The notes beneath the pieces are model-generated. The model did no database searches and was not told the origin of the DNA. It saw only the letters and a list, made by a program, of their open reading frames with translations. Source: Aulosira sp. ZfuVER01 (GTDB lineage Bacteria > Cyanobacteriota > Cyanobacteriia > Cyanobacteriales > Nostocaceae). From it: 64,000 nt of DNA. Both the position numbers and the translations under genes were made by a program. Of the stretch, positions 39,118 to 49,617 are shown in pieces. Positions within the stretch are counted from its first letter, which is position 1; each line of letters starts with the position of its first letter. The DNA lies in contig JAVRCV020000034.1 of assembly GCA_034530615.2 (NCBI GenBank), positions 32,001-96,000 of the forward strand, in the 5' to 3' direction.

Positions 39118-39900
39118 ATGGAAACATCAAATCAACGGGCTATTAGCACTGTTCAGTCCTCCCGACGTCGAGATAGCCTTAAGGACACTGCTTTAGGTTT
39201 AGTATCTACTCTGAGCTTCCCGGCGATCGTGGGGACGGCTGATATGATGCTGAAATCGGCAGGAGTTCATTTAGTTGGCTATGAAAAAATAGGTGGTGGT
39301 CATTGTACAGCAATTGTGCGGGGTGGGATCGCGGATGTGCGTCTAGCTGTAGAAGCTGGCGTGCAAACGGCTGAACAGTTTGGTCAATTGGTTTCTAGCT
39401 TGGTAATTCCCCGTCCTTATCCCAATTTAGAGGTAGTTCTACCTATCACTAATCGCCTGAGCAAAATCATGGAAGAGGGAAATTACAGCCGTTTGAGCAA
39501 TCAAGCAGTTGGTTTGGTGGAAACGCGGGGATTTCCAGCGATGGTAGGAGCCTGTGATGCCATGCTCAAATCAGCTGATGTGCATTTGGCAGCCTATGAA
39601 AAAATTGGTGCGGGTTTGTGTACAGCGATTATTCGCGGCTCGGTGGCTAATGTTGCCGTAGCAGTAGAAGCGGGGATGTATGAGGCAGAACGCATTGGAG
39701 AGTTGAACGCAGTAATGGTGATTCCTCGACCGTTGGATGAATTAGAGCAGACTTTGCCATTAGCTAGTTGTTGGATAGAACAACGTCAACCATTGAATTT
39801 GCCAGTAAATATTAAGGAGCAAGTTGCCGAAATCGAGATGCTTCAGTTACCTGATTTAACTCAGTTACCCGTCAAAATTTTAGAAGAATTAGAAGAATGA
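39118..39900 (+). CDS. ccmO: Tandem-BMC shell protein CcmO
   Basis: Two BMC domains, follows ccmN. Confidence 0.93.
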   Translation: METSNQRAISTVQSSRRRDSLKDTALGLVSTLSFPAIVGTADMMLKSAGVHLVGYEKIGGGHCTAIVRGGIADVRLAVEAGVQTAEQFGQLVSSLVIPRPYPNLEVVLPITNRLSKIMEEGNYSRLSNQAVGLVETRGFPAMVGACDAMLKSADVHLAAYEKIGAGLCTAIIRGSVANVAVAVEAGMYEAERIGELNAVMVIPRPLDELEQTLPLASCWIEQRQPLNLPVNIKEQVAEIEMLQLPDLTQLPVKILEELEE

Positions 39901-40066
39901 TGAATGGTGAATGACGAATTAGGAATGATGGATTGTAGGCGATCCGCATTCAGGATTCAGTATTCAGCATTCATCTAGAGCTGGAAGGCATCTTACGCTG
40001 TGCTTTGTTGTTTTGATAATAACTGTTCAAGTCTATAAGTAAAAGACCTTTTTTGTAATAGGGTTA

Positions 40067-40082
40067 ATAGATTTTTATCTAT
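40067..40082. promoter_or_regulatory. Candidate CbbR-family LysR operator ATAG-N8-CTAT
   Basis: ATAGATTTTTATCTAT about 100 bp upstream of the LysR gene. Confidence 0.5.
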
Positions 40083-40183
40083 ACATATTAATCATAACTT
40101 TTGTATGAGCAGTGCTATCTCTAATGCAAGTGTTCAGTGATACTAGATTTATAGCTATGAATCACTACTAGAGGAGAATCACC

Positions 40184-41125
40184 TTGAACCAAGCGACGCT
40201 ACACCAGTTGAAGGTGTTCGAGGCGGCAGCAAGGCATGGGAGCTTTACTCGTGCAGCTGAGGAATTGTTTCTCACCCAACCTACCGTTTCCATGCAGATT
40301 AAGCAATTAACAAAATCGGTCGGGTTGCCTTTATTTGAGCAGGTGGGTAAGCGCTTATATTTGACGGAGGCGGGACGCGAACTATTTGCTACTTGTCGCC
40401 AAATTTTTGACACAATAGCCCAATTTGAAATGAAAGTAGCAGATTTAAAAGGGCTAAAACAAGGTCAATTAAAATTGGCAGTAATTACAACAGCAAAATA
40501 TTTTGTACCGCGCTTTTTGGGTGCATTTTGCCAGCTTTATCCCGGAATAGATATATCGCTGCAAGTCACAAACCACGAACGAATTTTAGAGAGAATGGTG
40601 AATAATCTGGACGACTTGTATATTATGAGCCAAGTTCCAGAAAATCTTGATGTGACTTGTCAGCCATTTTTAGATAACCCTTTGGTTGTCTTTGCTCCTT
40701 ATAATCATCCACTAGCGAAGGAGAAAAATATCCCTCTCCCACGCCTTGCTCAAGAACCTTTTATCATGCGAGAACCAGGTTCAGGAACACGCCGTGCTGT
40801 CCAAAGTCTGTTCGATGAACATGAAATGAAAGTGAACGTAAAGCTGGAATTGGGAAGTAATGAGGCAATTAAACAAGCGATCGCCGGGGGTTTAGGAATT
40901 TCGATTTTATCTCGTCATACCTTAATGCCAGAATCGTCTGAGTTAACTATTTTGGATGTACAGCACTTTCCGATTCAGCGCACTTGGTACATGGTTTATC
41001 CTTCTGGTAAACAGCTATCAATTGTTGCGCGTACTTATCATGATTACCTCTTAAATACGGCAAAGAGTTTCATTGAGCAAAATACTTCTTTTGCCTGGGG
41101 TACATTTGAGCAAAGTCAAACATGA
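40184..41125 (+). CDS. cmpR: CbbR-subfamily LysR regulator, CmpR-like
   Basis: ATLHQLKVFEAAARHGSFTRAAEELFLTQPTVS; directly after ccmO; SD GAGGAG before TTG. Confidence 0.7.
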   Translation: MNQATLHQLKVFEAAARHGSFTRAAEELFLTQPTVSMQIKQLTKSVGLPLFEQVGKRLYLTEAGRELFATCRQIFDTIAQFEMKVADLKGLKQGQLKLAVITTAKYFVPRFLGAFCQLYPGIDISLQVTNHERILERMVNNLDDLYIMSQVPENLDVTCQPFLDNPLVVFAPYNHPLAKEKNIPLPRLAQEPFIMREPGSGTRRAVQSLFDEHEMKVNVKLELGSNEAIKQAIAGGLGISILSRHTLMPESSELTILDVQHFPIQRTWYMVYPSGKQLSIVARTYHDYLLNTAKSFIEQNTSFAWGTFEQSQT

Positions 41126-41419
41126 AGAATAGGCTAGTACAAGAAGGCAAAGCTAAAAGAAATGCCACTTGTGCAGCCAGCTTTTAACCTATGTTAGGGA
41201 CTAGAGAAAAACAGATTTTTAGCAGCTTTTATTGACGTACTCTACTTTACTTTTTTCTTCTCCTGTCCAAGAGGCTGCAAGGTAAGCTGCCTTCCAAGTA
41301 TTAATATTGGCAATTAATGATTGATTTCTTTTCAATTCATAATTCTCAATGGCTTGACGGATAGAGTTACAAGCATTAACAATTAACCAGCATAAGCATC
41401 AAAATGGGGGAAACTGGCA

Positions 41420-43039
41420 GTGGTTAACCCGGAAACACCATCTTTACGCAAAACAGTAGAAAGCCAGATTGTAGCTGTGACGGTATACACTAATACAGCC
41501 CTAGTGACAAGAAGGGGTACTGTTTCCTTAACAGGACAAGAACAGGAATTAGTTATTAGCTCACTACCAGTAACTTTAGAAACTGATTCGGTGAGGGTTG
41601 GTGGTACAGGTACAGTAGGAGTGCGGTTGCTAGGAGTCAGCAGCGATCGCACTTATACCACAGAACCAGTTGCAGAACGTGTGGCACAATTAACAAGGCA
41701 GATTCAGCAGTTAGAAGCAGAACAGCGCCACCTGCAAGCACAAATCGATGCTTTAGCATTGCAGTCTAGTTTTATCGCTGGTTTACGGGAAAAGACAGAG
41801 GAACCTTTTTCTCATAGTTTGGCGCGTAAAAACCTCAGTCTCAGCGAAACCCTGGATTTTCTCAACTTTCTGGGAAGTCAGTATAGCGAATATGCGATCG
41901 CTTCTGGAGAATGCAAAAGCCAACAAGAAGAACTAGAAAAGCAGTTACAAGTCCTCCGCACTTCATTACAAAAAATTCAAACACCCCACCCTAAAGAAAG
42001 TTTGAGCTTAATTGTAGCAGTGGAAGTTGTTGGTGCAGGCGAGTTTGAGCTAGAGCTATCTTACATTGTGAATCGCGCCAGTTGGACTCCGCTTTATGAC
42101 TTACGTTTTAGCCATACCAGCAACATTGTCAATCTCAGCTACTTAGCGGAAGTCACCCAAAGCACAGGCGAAGATTGGAAAGGCGTAGCTCTCACTCTTT
42201 CTACAGCTAGACCAGGATTAGGTACACTCCCACCAAAGCCAGAACCTTGGTATATAAGTACTTTCAGCCCAACAGTACGATTTGCGGAGCGTAAGTTTAG
42301 ACAAATGCCGAAGATGGCAAATCAATTAGCTGCTACTGGTGGAATGAATGAAGAAGAAGACGAAGTTGTGCAAGACAGTTTTATAGAAGCTGAAACTGTA
42401 GTTGCTGAAGTATCTAAAGAAGGAAGTGTAGTCACCTTTAAACTCAATGGTGGGGGTAACATTCCCAGTGATGGCGCACCCCATAAAACTACAATTTTTA
42501 ATGATGATTATCCTAGTAGCTGCGATTATGTAGCAATGCCGCGCTTAGTCAGCTTCGCTTATCTACAAGCTAAAGTAAAAAATAGCCCCAACAGTGCAAC
42601 TTTATTATCAGGAAAAGCAAATATTTTCCGTGACAATATGTTTGTGGGTACAACCAATTTAGAGAATGTTGCTCCAGGACAAGAATTCAAAATTAATTTA
42701 GGAATTGACGAAGGTTTAAAAATTGAGCGTGACTTAGTTGAGCGTCAAGTTGATAAAAAATTGATGAGTAGCCAGCGCCGTATTACTTATGGTTATCGGT
42801 TGATAATTACTAACTTGCTCAATCGAGAAACTCAGATCACTTTAACTGAACAATTGCCAGTTAGCCGCAATGAGCAAATAAAAGTACGTCTCACCCGCAG
42901 CAATCCCCAAATTCAACTTGGAGAAATGGGGATTTTGGAATGGGAGTTAACTCTATTAGCACAAGAAAAACGAGAGATATATTATCAATTTAATGTTGAG
43001 CATCCACCTGAATTAACAGTTATTGGTTTGGATATTTAG
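41420..43039 (+). CDS. DUF4140/DUF4139 (MuiA-like) protein
   Basis: IVAVTVYTNTALVTR, ASWTPLYDLR, QSTGEDW...LTLSTARP. Confidence 0.85.
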   Translation: MVNPETPSLRKTVESQIVAVTVYTNTALVTRRGTVSLTGQEQELVISSLPVTLETDSVRVGGTGTVGVRLLGVSSDRTYTTEPVAERVAQLTRQIQQLEAEQRHLQAQIDALALQSSFIAGLREKTEEPFSHSLARKNLSLSETLDFLNFLGSQYSEYAIASGECKSQQEELEKQLQVLRTSLQKIQTPHPKESLSLIVAVEVVGAGEFELELSYIVNRASWTPLYDLRFSHTSNIVNLSYLAEVTQSTGEDWKGVALTLSTARPGLGTLPPKPEPWYISTFSPTVRFAERKFRQMPKMANQLAATGGMNEEEDEVVQDSFIEAETVVAEVSKEGSVVTFKLNGGGNIPSDGAPHKTTIFNDDYPSSCDYVAMPRLVSFAYLQAKVKNSPNSATLLSGKANIFRDNMFVGTTNLENVAPGQEFKINLGIDEGLKIERDLVERQVDKKLMSSQRRITYGYRLIITNLLNRETQITLTEQLPVSRNEQIKVRLTRSNPQIQLGEMGILEWELTLLAQEKREIYYQFNVEHPPELTVIGLDI

Positions 43040-43139
43040 AGATAGATTGAATCTAAAATAACTAAATGCCTAGCCTCTGCGCCTATAAACTCTTTTAAAG
43101 CCTATAATTAGAGCAATCATATACACCAGACGCTCCTGC

Positions 43140-43718
43140 ATGAACAGCGATCATCCAATTAAAATCCTGTTTTTAGCATCCGATCCCAGCGATGAATCTC
43201 GGCTACGCTTAGGGCAAGAGTTACGTGAAATTCGTGAGCGGCTGCAACTATCAAAAAACCGAGATAGATTTGTACTAGAGTCTCGTGAATCTGTACGTCC
43301 AGGAGATATCACTCAAGCAATCTTTGATGTTGAGCCACAGATTGTACATTTCTCTGGACATGGAAAAAGCACAGGCGAGATTTACTTTGAAAATTTATTA
43401 GGGAAAGCCCAGCCTGTAACACTCGATGCCTTAGCAGCGCTATTTAAAGAAGTAGCTGACCAAATCAATTGTGTAATATTGAATGCTTGTTATTCAGAAG
43501 CCCAAGCGAAAGCAATTGCAGAACACATCGAATTTGTAATTGGGATGAATCAAGCAATTGGAGATAACGCAGCTATAGCATTTACTGTTGGTTTTTACAA
43601 AGCATTAGGAGCAAATCGTTCCATTGATAAAGCTTACAAGTTTGGTTGTGTGGAAATTAATATACAAGGTATTTCAGAGCATTTAACTCCTGTTCTTTAC
43701 GAAAAAAAAAACAGCTAA
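43140..43718 (+). CDS. CHAT-domain caspase-like peptidase
   Basis: IKILFLASDP, RLRLGQE.REI, catalytic His IVHFSGHG and Cys LNACYS; ends in an A10 tract. Confidence 0.9.
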   Translation: MNSDHPIKILFLASDPSDESRLRLGQELREIRERLQLSKNRDRFVLESRESVRPGDITQAIFDVEPQIVHFSGHGKSTGEIYFENLLGKAQPVTLDALAALFKEVADQINCVILNACYSEAQAKAIAEHIEFVIGMNQAIGDNAAIAFTVGFYKALGANRSIDKAYKFGCVEINIQGISEHLTPVLYEKKNS

Positions 43719-43747
43719 AGAATAACCTAGAACCAGCTAAATATATA

Positions 43748-45280
43748 TTGGTATTAAGCGCCACTATTGATGAAGTTAACAAGCCACTAGCAGAAGCTAT
43801 TGTTGCCCATTTGCGTCAAATATCTGGAGATGCATCATTGACACTACAGAGAATTGAGGTTGGTAGTGTAAAACTAGTCTTAGAAGGTTCTCAAGAGGGA
43901 TTGGAGCGAATTTTGGCTCTACTTAGAGAAGGAAAGCTGACTGAGATATCAGGAATTTCTGTCCAGGATGTGCAAGTTGTCGCTTCGTCTAAACAGGAAA
44001 GCAATAGTCCACCACTTAGAAGAGTAACTATAAACTCACAACCAGAAGAAATTGTTGTTGAATCTATTAATGATGCTGCTTCTAGGAGACAGGGAATCGC
44101 TACCCTAAGACAGGGTTTTGAGGAACGGAATCTGCCTATGCTAACAGAAGCAGAAAAACTGGCGCAATATTGGCGAACTCGTCTATTAGCGGAGTGTCCA
44201 GAACAAAGCGCAGCAGATCAAGAAAGTATCATTCTCTGGTTATTGGGACGTGATTCCCAACGGTTGGATCTGCTCAACCCCAAGGAACTTGAGATTGCCA
44301 AGCAAGCAATGGAATATCGCTATCGAATTTTACTGCAACGTTACCTGGGAGTAGCACGAGAACGTGCTTATCGCAACCTAATCACGCGGCTGGCCAGTTT
44401 GATGACATTGCGCAATAAAATTCAGACTTGGGTTTCCCTCAGCCGTGATCGCCAGCGGAGTGTAATAGATGTATTACAAGAAATCATCCAGGAATTACTG
44501 CAAAGCGATAGCTACATCCAAGATCAAATGGCTTGTATCGCTGAAATTACCACCGACAGGCGGCTGCGAGATACGCTACTGTTTGCCAGTATCGAAGAAT
44601 ATTGTTTGCGCCCAGTACGCAATCAGCCGTTGCTGGTTTACCGCTTTGTCAACTACCTGCGCCGTACTCAACGGGGTGGGTTAACTCAAGTGCCTGGTAG
44701 CGACTTGATTAGGCTAGTTTCCGAAGAAATTCTCACCGATGACAGCGACAATCGAGTTAACTTGGTTGATAGTCAGGCGATCGCAGAATATCAAGAAGCG
44801 CAGGAACTAGAAGAACAACAAGTATTGCGTCAAGCTGTACAACAAGAATTTGAAGAATATTTACAAGAAAACCTCGGCACAGAAGCCGTAGAGTGGCTAC
44901 GCCTGTATCTGCAAGGTAAGTCCCAAGACGAAATCGCCAAGAAACTAAATAAACAAATTAAAGAAGTATACCGACTGCGGGAAAAAATTAGCTACCATGC
45001 AGTGCGTGTGTTTGCTCTCAAAGGGAAACCGGAACTAGTGGAAAACTGGCTGGCAATTTCTTTGCAAGAACACAACTTGGGGTTAACACAAAACCAATGG
45101 CAGCAACTCTATGAACAATTGACTCCACTTGGGCAGCAGATTTTAGATTTACGCAAAGCTGGCAACTCAATCGAAGCAATAGCTCAACAGTTAAATATCA
45201 AAACCTATCAAGTGATGGGTGAATGGACAAAAGTCTATCTTGTCGCCCAAGCTTTAAGAACTCAAGATCAAGCTAAGTGA
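43748..45280 (+). CDS. TRADD-N-like adaptor domain fused to a HetZ-related protein; probably reached by frameshift from the CHAT ORF
   Basis: HetZ-related part starts near 44098 (TLRQGFEERNL...LAECPEQS...YRYRILLQRYLG, C-terminal HTH-like SQDEIAKKL); N-terminal LRQISGDASLTL..IEVGSVKLVLEGS; TTG start lacks an SD; frame stays open back through the A10 tract. Confidence 0.75.
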   Translation: MVLSATIDEVNKPLAEAIVAHLRQISGDASLTLQRIEVGSVKLVLEGSQEGLERILALLREGKLTEISGISVQDVQVVASSKQESNSPPLRRVTINSQPEEIVVESINDAASRRQGIATLRQGFEERNLPMLTEAEKLAQYWRTRLLAECPEQSAADQESIILWLLGRDSQRLDLLNPKELEIAKQAMEYRYRILLQRYLGVARERAYRNLITRLASLMTLRNKIQTWVSLSRDRQRSVIDVLQEIIQELLQSDSYIQDQMACIAEITTDRRLRDTLLFASIEEYCLRPVRNQPLLVYRFVNYLRRTQRGGLTQVPGSDLIRLVSEEILTDDSDNRVNLVDSQAIAEYQEAQELEEQQVLRQAVQQEFEEYLQENLGTEAVEWLRLYLQGKSQDEIAKKLNKQIKEVYRLREKISYHAVRVFALKGKPELVENWLAISLQEHNLGLTQNQWQQLYEQLTPLGQQILDLRKAGNSIEAIAQQLNIKTYQVMGEWTKVYLVAQALRTQDQAK

Positions 45281-45381
45281 TAGTTGTATTTCGCCCGCTA
45301 AAAGCTTGGTTCTAGGTTAAGACGGTAATGACATTGGTGAAATAGCAGGTTCTATTATCCGGTTTAGGAGAGCGATAGTAG

Positions 45382-46362
45382 CTAACGTAAAACTAAGTCA
45401 GTAATTAATGGTGCATGGTCAGAATTAGCATTTGCGCCTGTATAGATTTGAGCTACACTAAAATGCTTACTGACGAAACAATGGTCAATAGGAATATTCA
45501 TCAACGGGATGATCCAGCTTGGTAGAGTTACGTGAGTTGCTGGTCGTGGCCAGCTTGGTAAAATACCAAAACCTAAGCGAGTATTGTGCAAATTTGTTTT
45601 ATTGATAAATCGTCGGTAATAAGGCGACCAAGGTGTTAAGTTAAAATCTCCCATTAAAACTACTGGCTGATTCAGTTCTCGAATATAATCACTCAACGCT
45701 GCTAGCTGAAGATTACGTCTATGAAAATTATTGCGAGTTATAGGTACTATGGGATGAGTTCCAATTAACTTAATAGGCTGTTTATCGACTGTTAAGGTTG
45801 CTATAAGGTTATGACCGCCTTTGCCATTGAAATTATCTGCCTTTACATCTTGAATGGGTAAGCGACTAAATATTGCCAGTCCACCACCAGGACTTCTAAA
45901 AGAATAAGGCAGAGTATTTTTTAAACCAGCGTTTAAATTGTCGAAGCCACTGCGATTAATTTCCAAAAATAAAGCTACATCAGGGCGATTATCCTGCACT
46001 ACATTAATAACTTCTTTGTCATCATTATTTTGAATATTAATGTTAAAAGATAAAAGCCGAATTTGTTTAGTTGGATTACCAGCTAACTGTTGCGAATGAG
46101 GTAGATACCAAGGAAGCACCTCAATTACATTCAAACCCACAAGTAATAAAGCTGCAAGAACTATGATTTTACTCTTGAGATGGAGGGTTTTCCAAAGAAT
46201 ACTTAAAATCAGAGTAGCTATTAACGATAAAACTAAATAGTGAACTCGAAAATGAGCGAGTAGTTCTAGCGGCCAGAACCAAGCCATGTAGCTACCGAAA
46301 GATAGCAATCCTAAAATCAAAATGGTAGCGGTTGCGACAATTAAAAGTATTCGTTGGTTCAT
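45382..46362 (-). CDS. Membrane-anchored endonuclease/exonuclease/phosphatase family protein
   Basis: Three TM helices; LLSFNI, MGDFNLTPWS, PIDHCFVS, SDHAPL. Confidence 0.88.
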   Translation of the reverse strand: MNQRILLIVATATILILGLLSFGSYMAWFWPLELLAHFRVHYLVLSLIATLILSILWKTLHLKSKIIVLAALLLVGLNVIEVLPWYLPHSQQLAGNPTKQIRLLSFNINIQNNDDKEVINVVQDNRPDVALFLEINRSGFDNLNAGLKNTLPYSFRSPGGGLAIFSRLPIQDVKADNFNGKGGHNLIATLTVDKQPIKLIGTHPIVPITRNNFHRRNLQLAALSDYIRELNQPVVLMGDFNLTPWSPYYRRFINKTNLHNTRLGFGILPSWPRPATHVTLPSWIIPLMNIPIDHCFVSKHFSVAQIYTGANANSDHAPLITDLVLR

Positions 46363-46565
46363 GGTTAATTGATTGGAGCAAATACAGCCTCATCAATTAA
46401 CATCAAATATCATTCACTATTTTTCGGAAAGATAAAAGGACAGGTGATTGAATTACCACAATCAGCTGTCCAGATAGAACGCCAGCTTAAGCAGCTAACT
46501 TAGCGGCAAAATGCGAGAATTGAGGAATTGCACCCAATGCTATTGTTTCGTTTGCGAGAAGAATG

Positions 46566-46766
46566 CTACTGATCCTCTGGAAGAACCCATTTTGGCGGTT
46601 CCGTCATTTTTCGTCGCAGTCGTTCTTCTGCTATCTCCAGCATTTTATCTAAAGAAGTATCTTCAATAAATTGTGCTGCTGCTTCTCTAAACTCAACATT
46701 GGGGCATTTATCCCCTAAAACACAACCATTAACGCAGGCCTCAGCGCAGTTAATCTTTTGCTCCAC
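46566..46766 (-). CDS. Small Cys-rich conserved cyanobacterial protein
   Basis: NCAEACVNGCVLGDKCPN; SD-like GAGGGA before the GTG start. Confidence 0.65.
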   Translation of the reverse strand: MEQKINCAEACVNGCVLGDKCPNVEFREAAAQFIEDTSLDKMLEIAEERLRRKMTEPPKWVLPEDQ

Positions 46767-46995
46767 AGTGAATCCCTCTCTATCAGAGCGTTTGTCTACT
46801 CTTCAGATAAATCTTACCTTGCTACTTGCCCTCCTAGTAGTTTAAATACTAACCATCTAATTTGGACTTCTGTCCATAGTAGGAGAAAACCTAAAGGTTA
46901 AGGGAAACAGGAAAGTCCAGCCCTTGAACCCTTTCCTTACCTCATGCAAAAGTACTTGTTACGCTAACCATATATATTTGCTTGCAAGGGCGCTC

Positions 46996-48390
46996 ATGTC
47001 GGAAATATTTGCCACTACTGGAACCATCGCCGCGATCGCAACTGCTGTTGTCCCCCAACAGGGTAGCGTGGGTATTGTGCGGGTGTCTGGTTCTCAAGCG
47101 ATCGCGATCGCCCAAATTCTTTTTCAAGCGCCTGGTCGTCAGGTTTGGGAAAGTCACCGCATTCTCTATGGCTACATCCGCCACCCCAAAACGCAAGAAC
47201 TAGTGGATGAAGCTTTGTTGTTGATTATGCAAGCACCCCGTTCTTACACCCGTGAAGATGTGGTGGAATTCCATTGTCACGGCGGAATTATGGCAGTGCA
47301 GCAAGTGTTGCAACTGTGTTTGGAAAATGGCGCCAGGCTGGCACAGCCGGGAGAATTTACGCTCCGCGCCTTTTTGAATGGGCGATTAGATTTGACACAA
47401 GCCGAAGGTATTGCGGATTTAGTGGGAGCGCGATCGCCGCAAGCTGCTCAAACTGCCTTAGCTGGCTTACAAGGTAAATTAGCTCATCCGATTCGACAGT
47501 TACGCGCTAACTGTTTGGATATTTTGGCAGAAATCGAAGCTCGAATCGATTTTGAAGAAGACTTACCTCCGCTGGATGATAAAGCGATCGTATCAGCAAT
47601 TGAGAACATCGCCGCAGAAATTAGTAAATTACTGGCAACCAAAGACAAAGGCGAACTGCTACGCACAGGTTTAAAAGTGGCAATTGTCGGGCGACCAAAT
47701 GTCGGTAAATCGAGCTTGCTGAACGCTTGGAGTCGGAGCGATCGCGCCATCGTCACCGATTTACCTGGTACAACCCGCGATGTTGTCGAATCTCAGTTAG
47801 TTGTTGGGGGTATTCCCGTGCAGGTGCTAGATACGGCGGGCATTCGGGAAACAACAGACCAGGTAGAAAAAATTGGTGTCGAGCGATCGCGCCGTGCCGC
47901 TAATGCTGCCGATCTAGTGCTGTTAACCATCGACGCTGCCGCAGGTTGGACAGAAGGCGATCGCGAAATTTACGAACAAGTGCAACACCGTCCTTTGATT
48001 CTCGCGATCAACAAAATTGATTTAGTAGAAGAAAGTGTCAAAAACAATCTTCAATCCCAAATTGAAAATCCCAAATGTAAAATTTTGACAGCAGCAGCAC
48101 AAAATCAAGGTATTGAAGATTTAGAAACAGCAATTTTAGAAATAGTTCAGGCTGGTAAAGTCCAAGCTGCTGATATGGATTTAGCGATTAACCAAAGACA
48201 AGCAGCAGCCTTAACCAAAGCAAAAATCTCTTTAGAGCAAGTGCAAACTACCATTACTCAGCAACTACCCTTAGACTTTTGGACAATTGACTTACGAGAT
48301 GCAGTTTATGCATTAGGAGAAATTACTGGCGAGGAGGTTACAGAATCAGTGCTTGACAGAATTTTTAGTAAGTTTTGCATTGGTAAATAA
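46996..48390 (+). CDS. mnmE: tRNA modification GTPase MnmE
   Basis: [49 protein letters not shown]. Confidence 0.97.
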   Translation: MSEIFATTGTIAAIATAVVPQQGSVGIVRVSGSQAIAIAQILFQAPGRQVWESHRILYGYIRHPKTQELVDEALLLIMQAPRSYTREDVVEFHCHGGIMAVQQVLQLCLENGARLAQPGEFTLRAFLNGRLDLTQAEGIADLVGARSPQAAQTALAGLQGKLAHPIRQLRANCLDILAEIEARIDFEEDLPPLDDKAIVSAIENIAAEISKLLATKDKGELLRTGLKVAIVGRPNVGKSSLLNAWSRSDRAIVTDLPGTTRDVVESQLVVGGIPVQVLDTAGIRETTDQVEKIGVERSRRAANAADLVLLTIDAAAGWTEGDREIYEQVQHRPLILAINKIDLVEESVKNNLQSQIENPKCKILTAAAQNQGIEDLETAILEIVQAGKVQAADMDLAINQRQAAALTKAKISLEQVQTTITQQLPLDFWTIDLRDAVYALGEITGEEVTESVLDRIFSKFCIGK

Positions 48391-48720
48391 ATATAAGCAG
48401 GCAATAGGTAATGGTCATTTGTCATTGGTTAATGGGCATAGGGCATAGGGCATTGAAAATTGCTATTTCTCCTTTGTCCCATTTTTCCCCACACTCCTTT
48501 GCCTCTGTGCCCCTTTCAAGGATACGTCTGGGGAATAGCAGAAGTTAAAGTTTTGTGATTGCCCAGATTCTGAATAGATGCCAGCAACCCATACATACAA
48601 GCCTTTGAGTAAATGTTTAGTCAATTTTAAAAAGTAACGTTGGGGAAAAACACCCACTAATAGCCCCATAAGGCTGATGTACAATGCAAAGAAATGTGTA
48701 AATTATGAGTGGCCGATCTA

Positions 48721-49086
48721 ATGATGTCATCAGAAGCGAATACAAAATCCAGCGATAAAAGCCTAGAGGCAATGCGGCATTTTTCCGAACAATACGCCAA
48801 GCGTACTGGAACCTACTTTTGTTCTGAACCTTCTGTGACAGCAGTTGTGATCGAAGGGCTAGCCAAACATAAAGACGAACTTGGTGCGCCTTTGTGTCCC
48901 TGCCGTCACTATGAAGATAAAGAAGCTGAGGTACACGCCACCTACTGGAACTGTCCCTGCGTGCCCATGAGAGAACGCAAAGAGTGCCATTGTATGCTGT
49001 TTCTCACCTCAGACAATGAGTTTGCTGGAGACAAGCAAGACATTACTCTAGATGTAATCAAAGAAGTGCGAGAAAGTATGGCATGA
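48721..49086 (+). CDS. ftrC: Ferredoxin-thioredoxin reductase catalytic subunit
   Basis: CPC, CPC and CHC motifs. Confidence 0.95.
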   Translation: MMSSEANTKSSDKSLEAMRHFSEQYAKRTGTYFCSEPSVTAVVIEGLAKHKDELGAPLCPCRHYEDKEAEVHATYWNCPCVPMRERKECHCMLFLTSDNEFAGDKQDITLDVIKEVRESMA

Positions 49087-49481
49087 GTGAAACCATGCCC
49101 CAAGAGTTTTGGCTAGGCGTAGAACAGTTCAATTCTGGGCAGTTCTATGCCTGTCATGATACTTTAGAGGCTTTGTGGATTGAAGCCAGCGAACCGGAAA
49201 AAAGCTTCTATCAAGGAATTCTCCAAATTGCTGTAGCGCTTTATCATTTGGGTAATCATAACTGGCGAGGTGCTGTAATTCTATTGGGAGAAGGCACTAA
49301 TCGTCTGCGACGCTACCCTGATGATTATGCTGGCATCGATTTAGAAGCGTTATTGAGCCACAGTGTGGCATTGTTGCAAGCATTACAGCAAACAGGCCCG
49401 GATCGGATTGCTGCTGATGATTCGGGTGAAGCTGATACATTACCTTTGCCCAGGATTGACTTAATCAATGATGAGCAATAG
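49083..49481 (+). CDS. DUF309 protein
   Basis: FYACHDTLEALW, YQGILQIAVALYH; ATGA overlap with ftrC. Confidence 0.88.
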   Translation: MSETMPQEFWLGVEQFNSGQFYACHDTLEALWIEASEPEKSFYQGILQIAVALYHLGNHNWRGAVILLGEGTNRLRRYPDDYAGIDLEALLSHSVALLQALQQTGPDRIAADDSGEADTLPLPRIDLINDEQ

Positions 49482-49528
49482 TCAGGGCTGACCAAAAAGA
49501 CAGGGGAGCAGGGAAAGGTGTAGATTTT

Positions 49529-49560
49529 TCATAAAAGCGTGAGTTAAGACGCTTTTATGA
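49529..49560. terminator. Hairpin between convergent genes
   Basis: TCATAAAAGCGT-N8-ACGCTTTTATGA. Confidence 0.6.
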
Positions 49561-49617
49561 ATACGATAATCAGCTTTTTCATTCTTCCCCGATCGCACTT
49601 CCCACATTCTGTGATCT

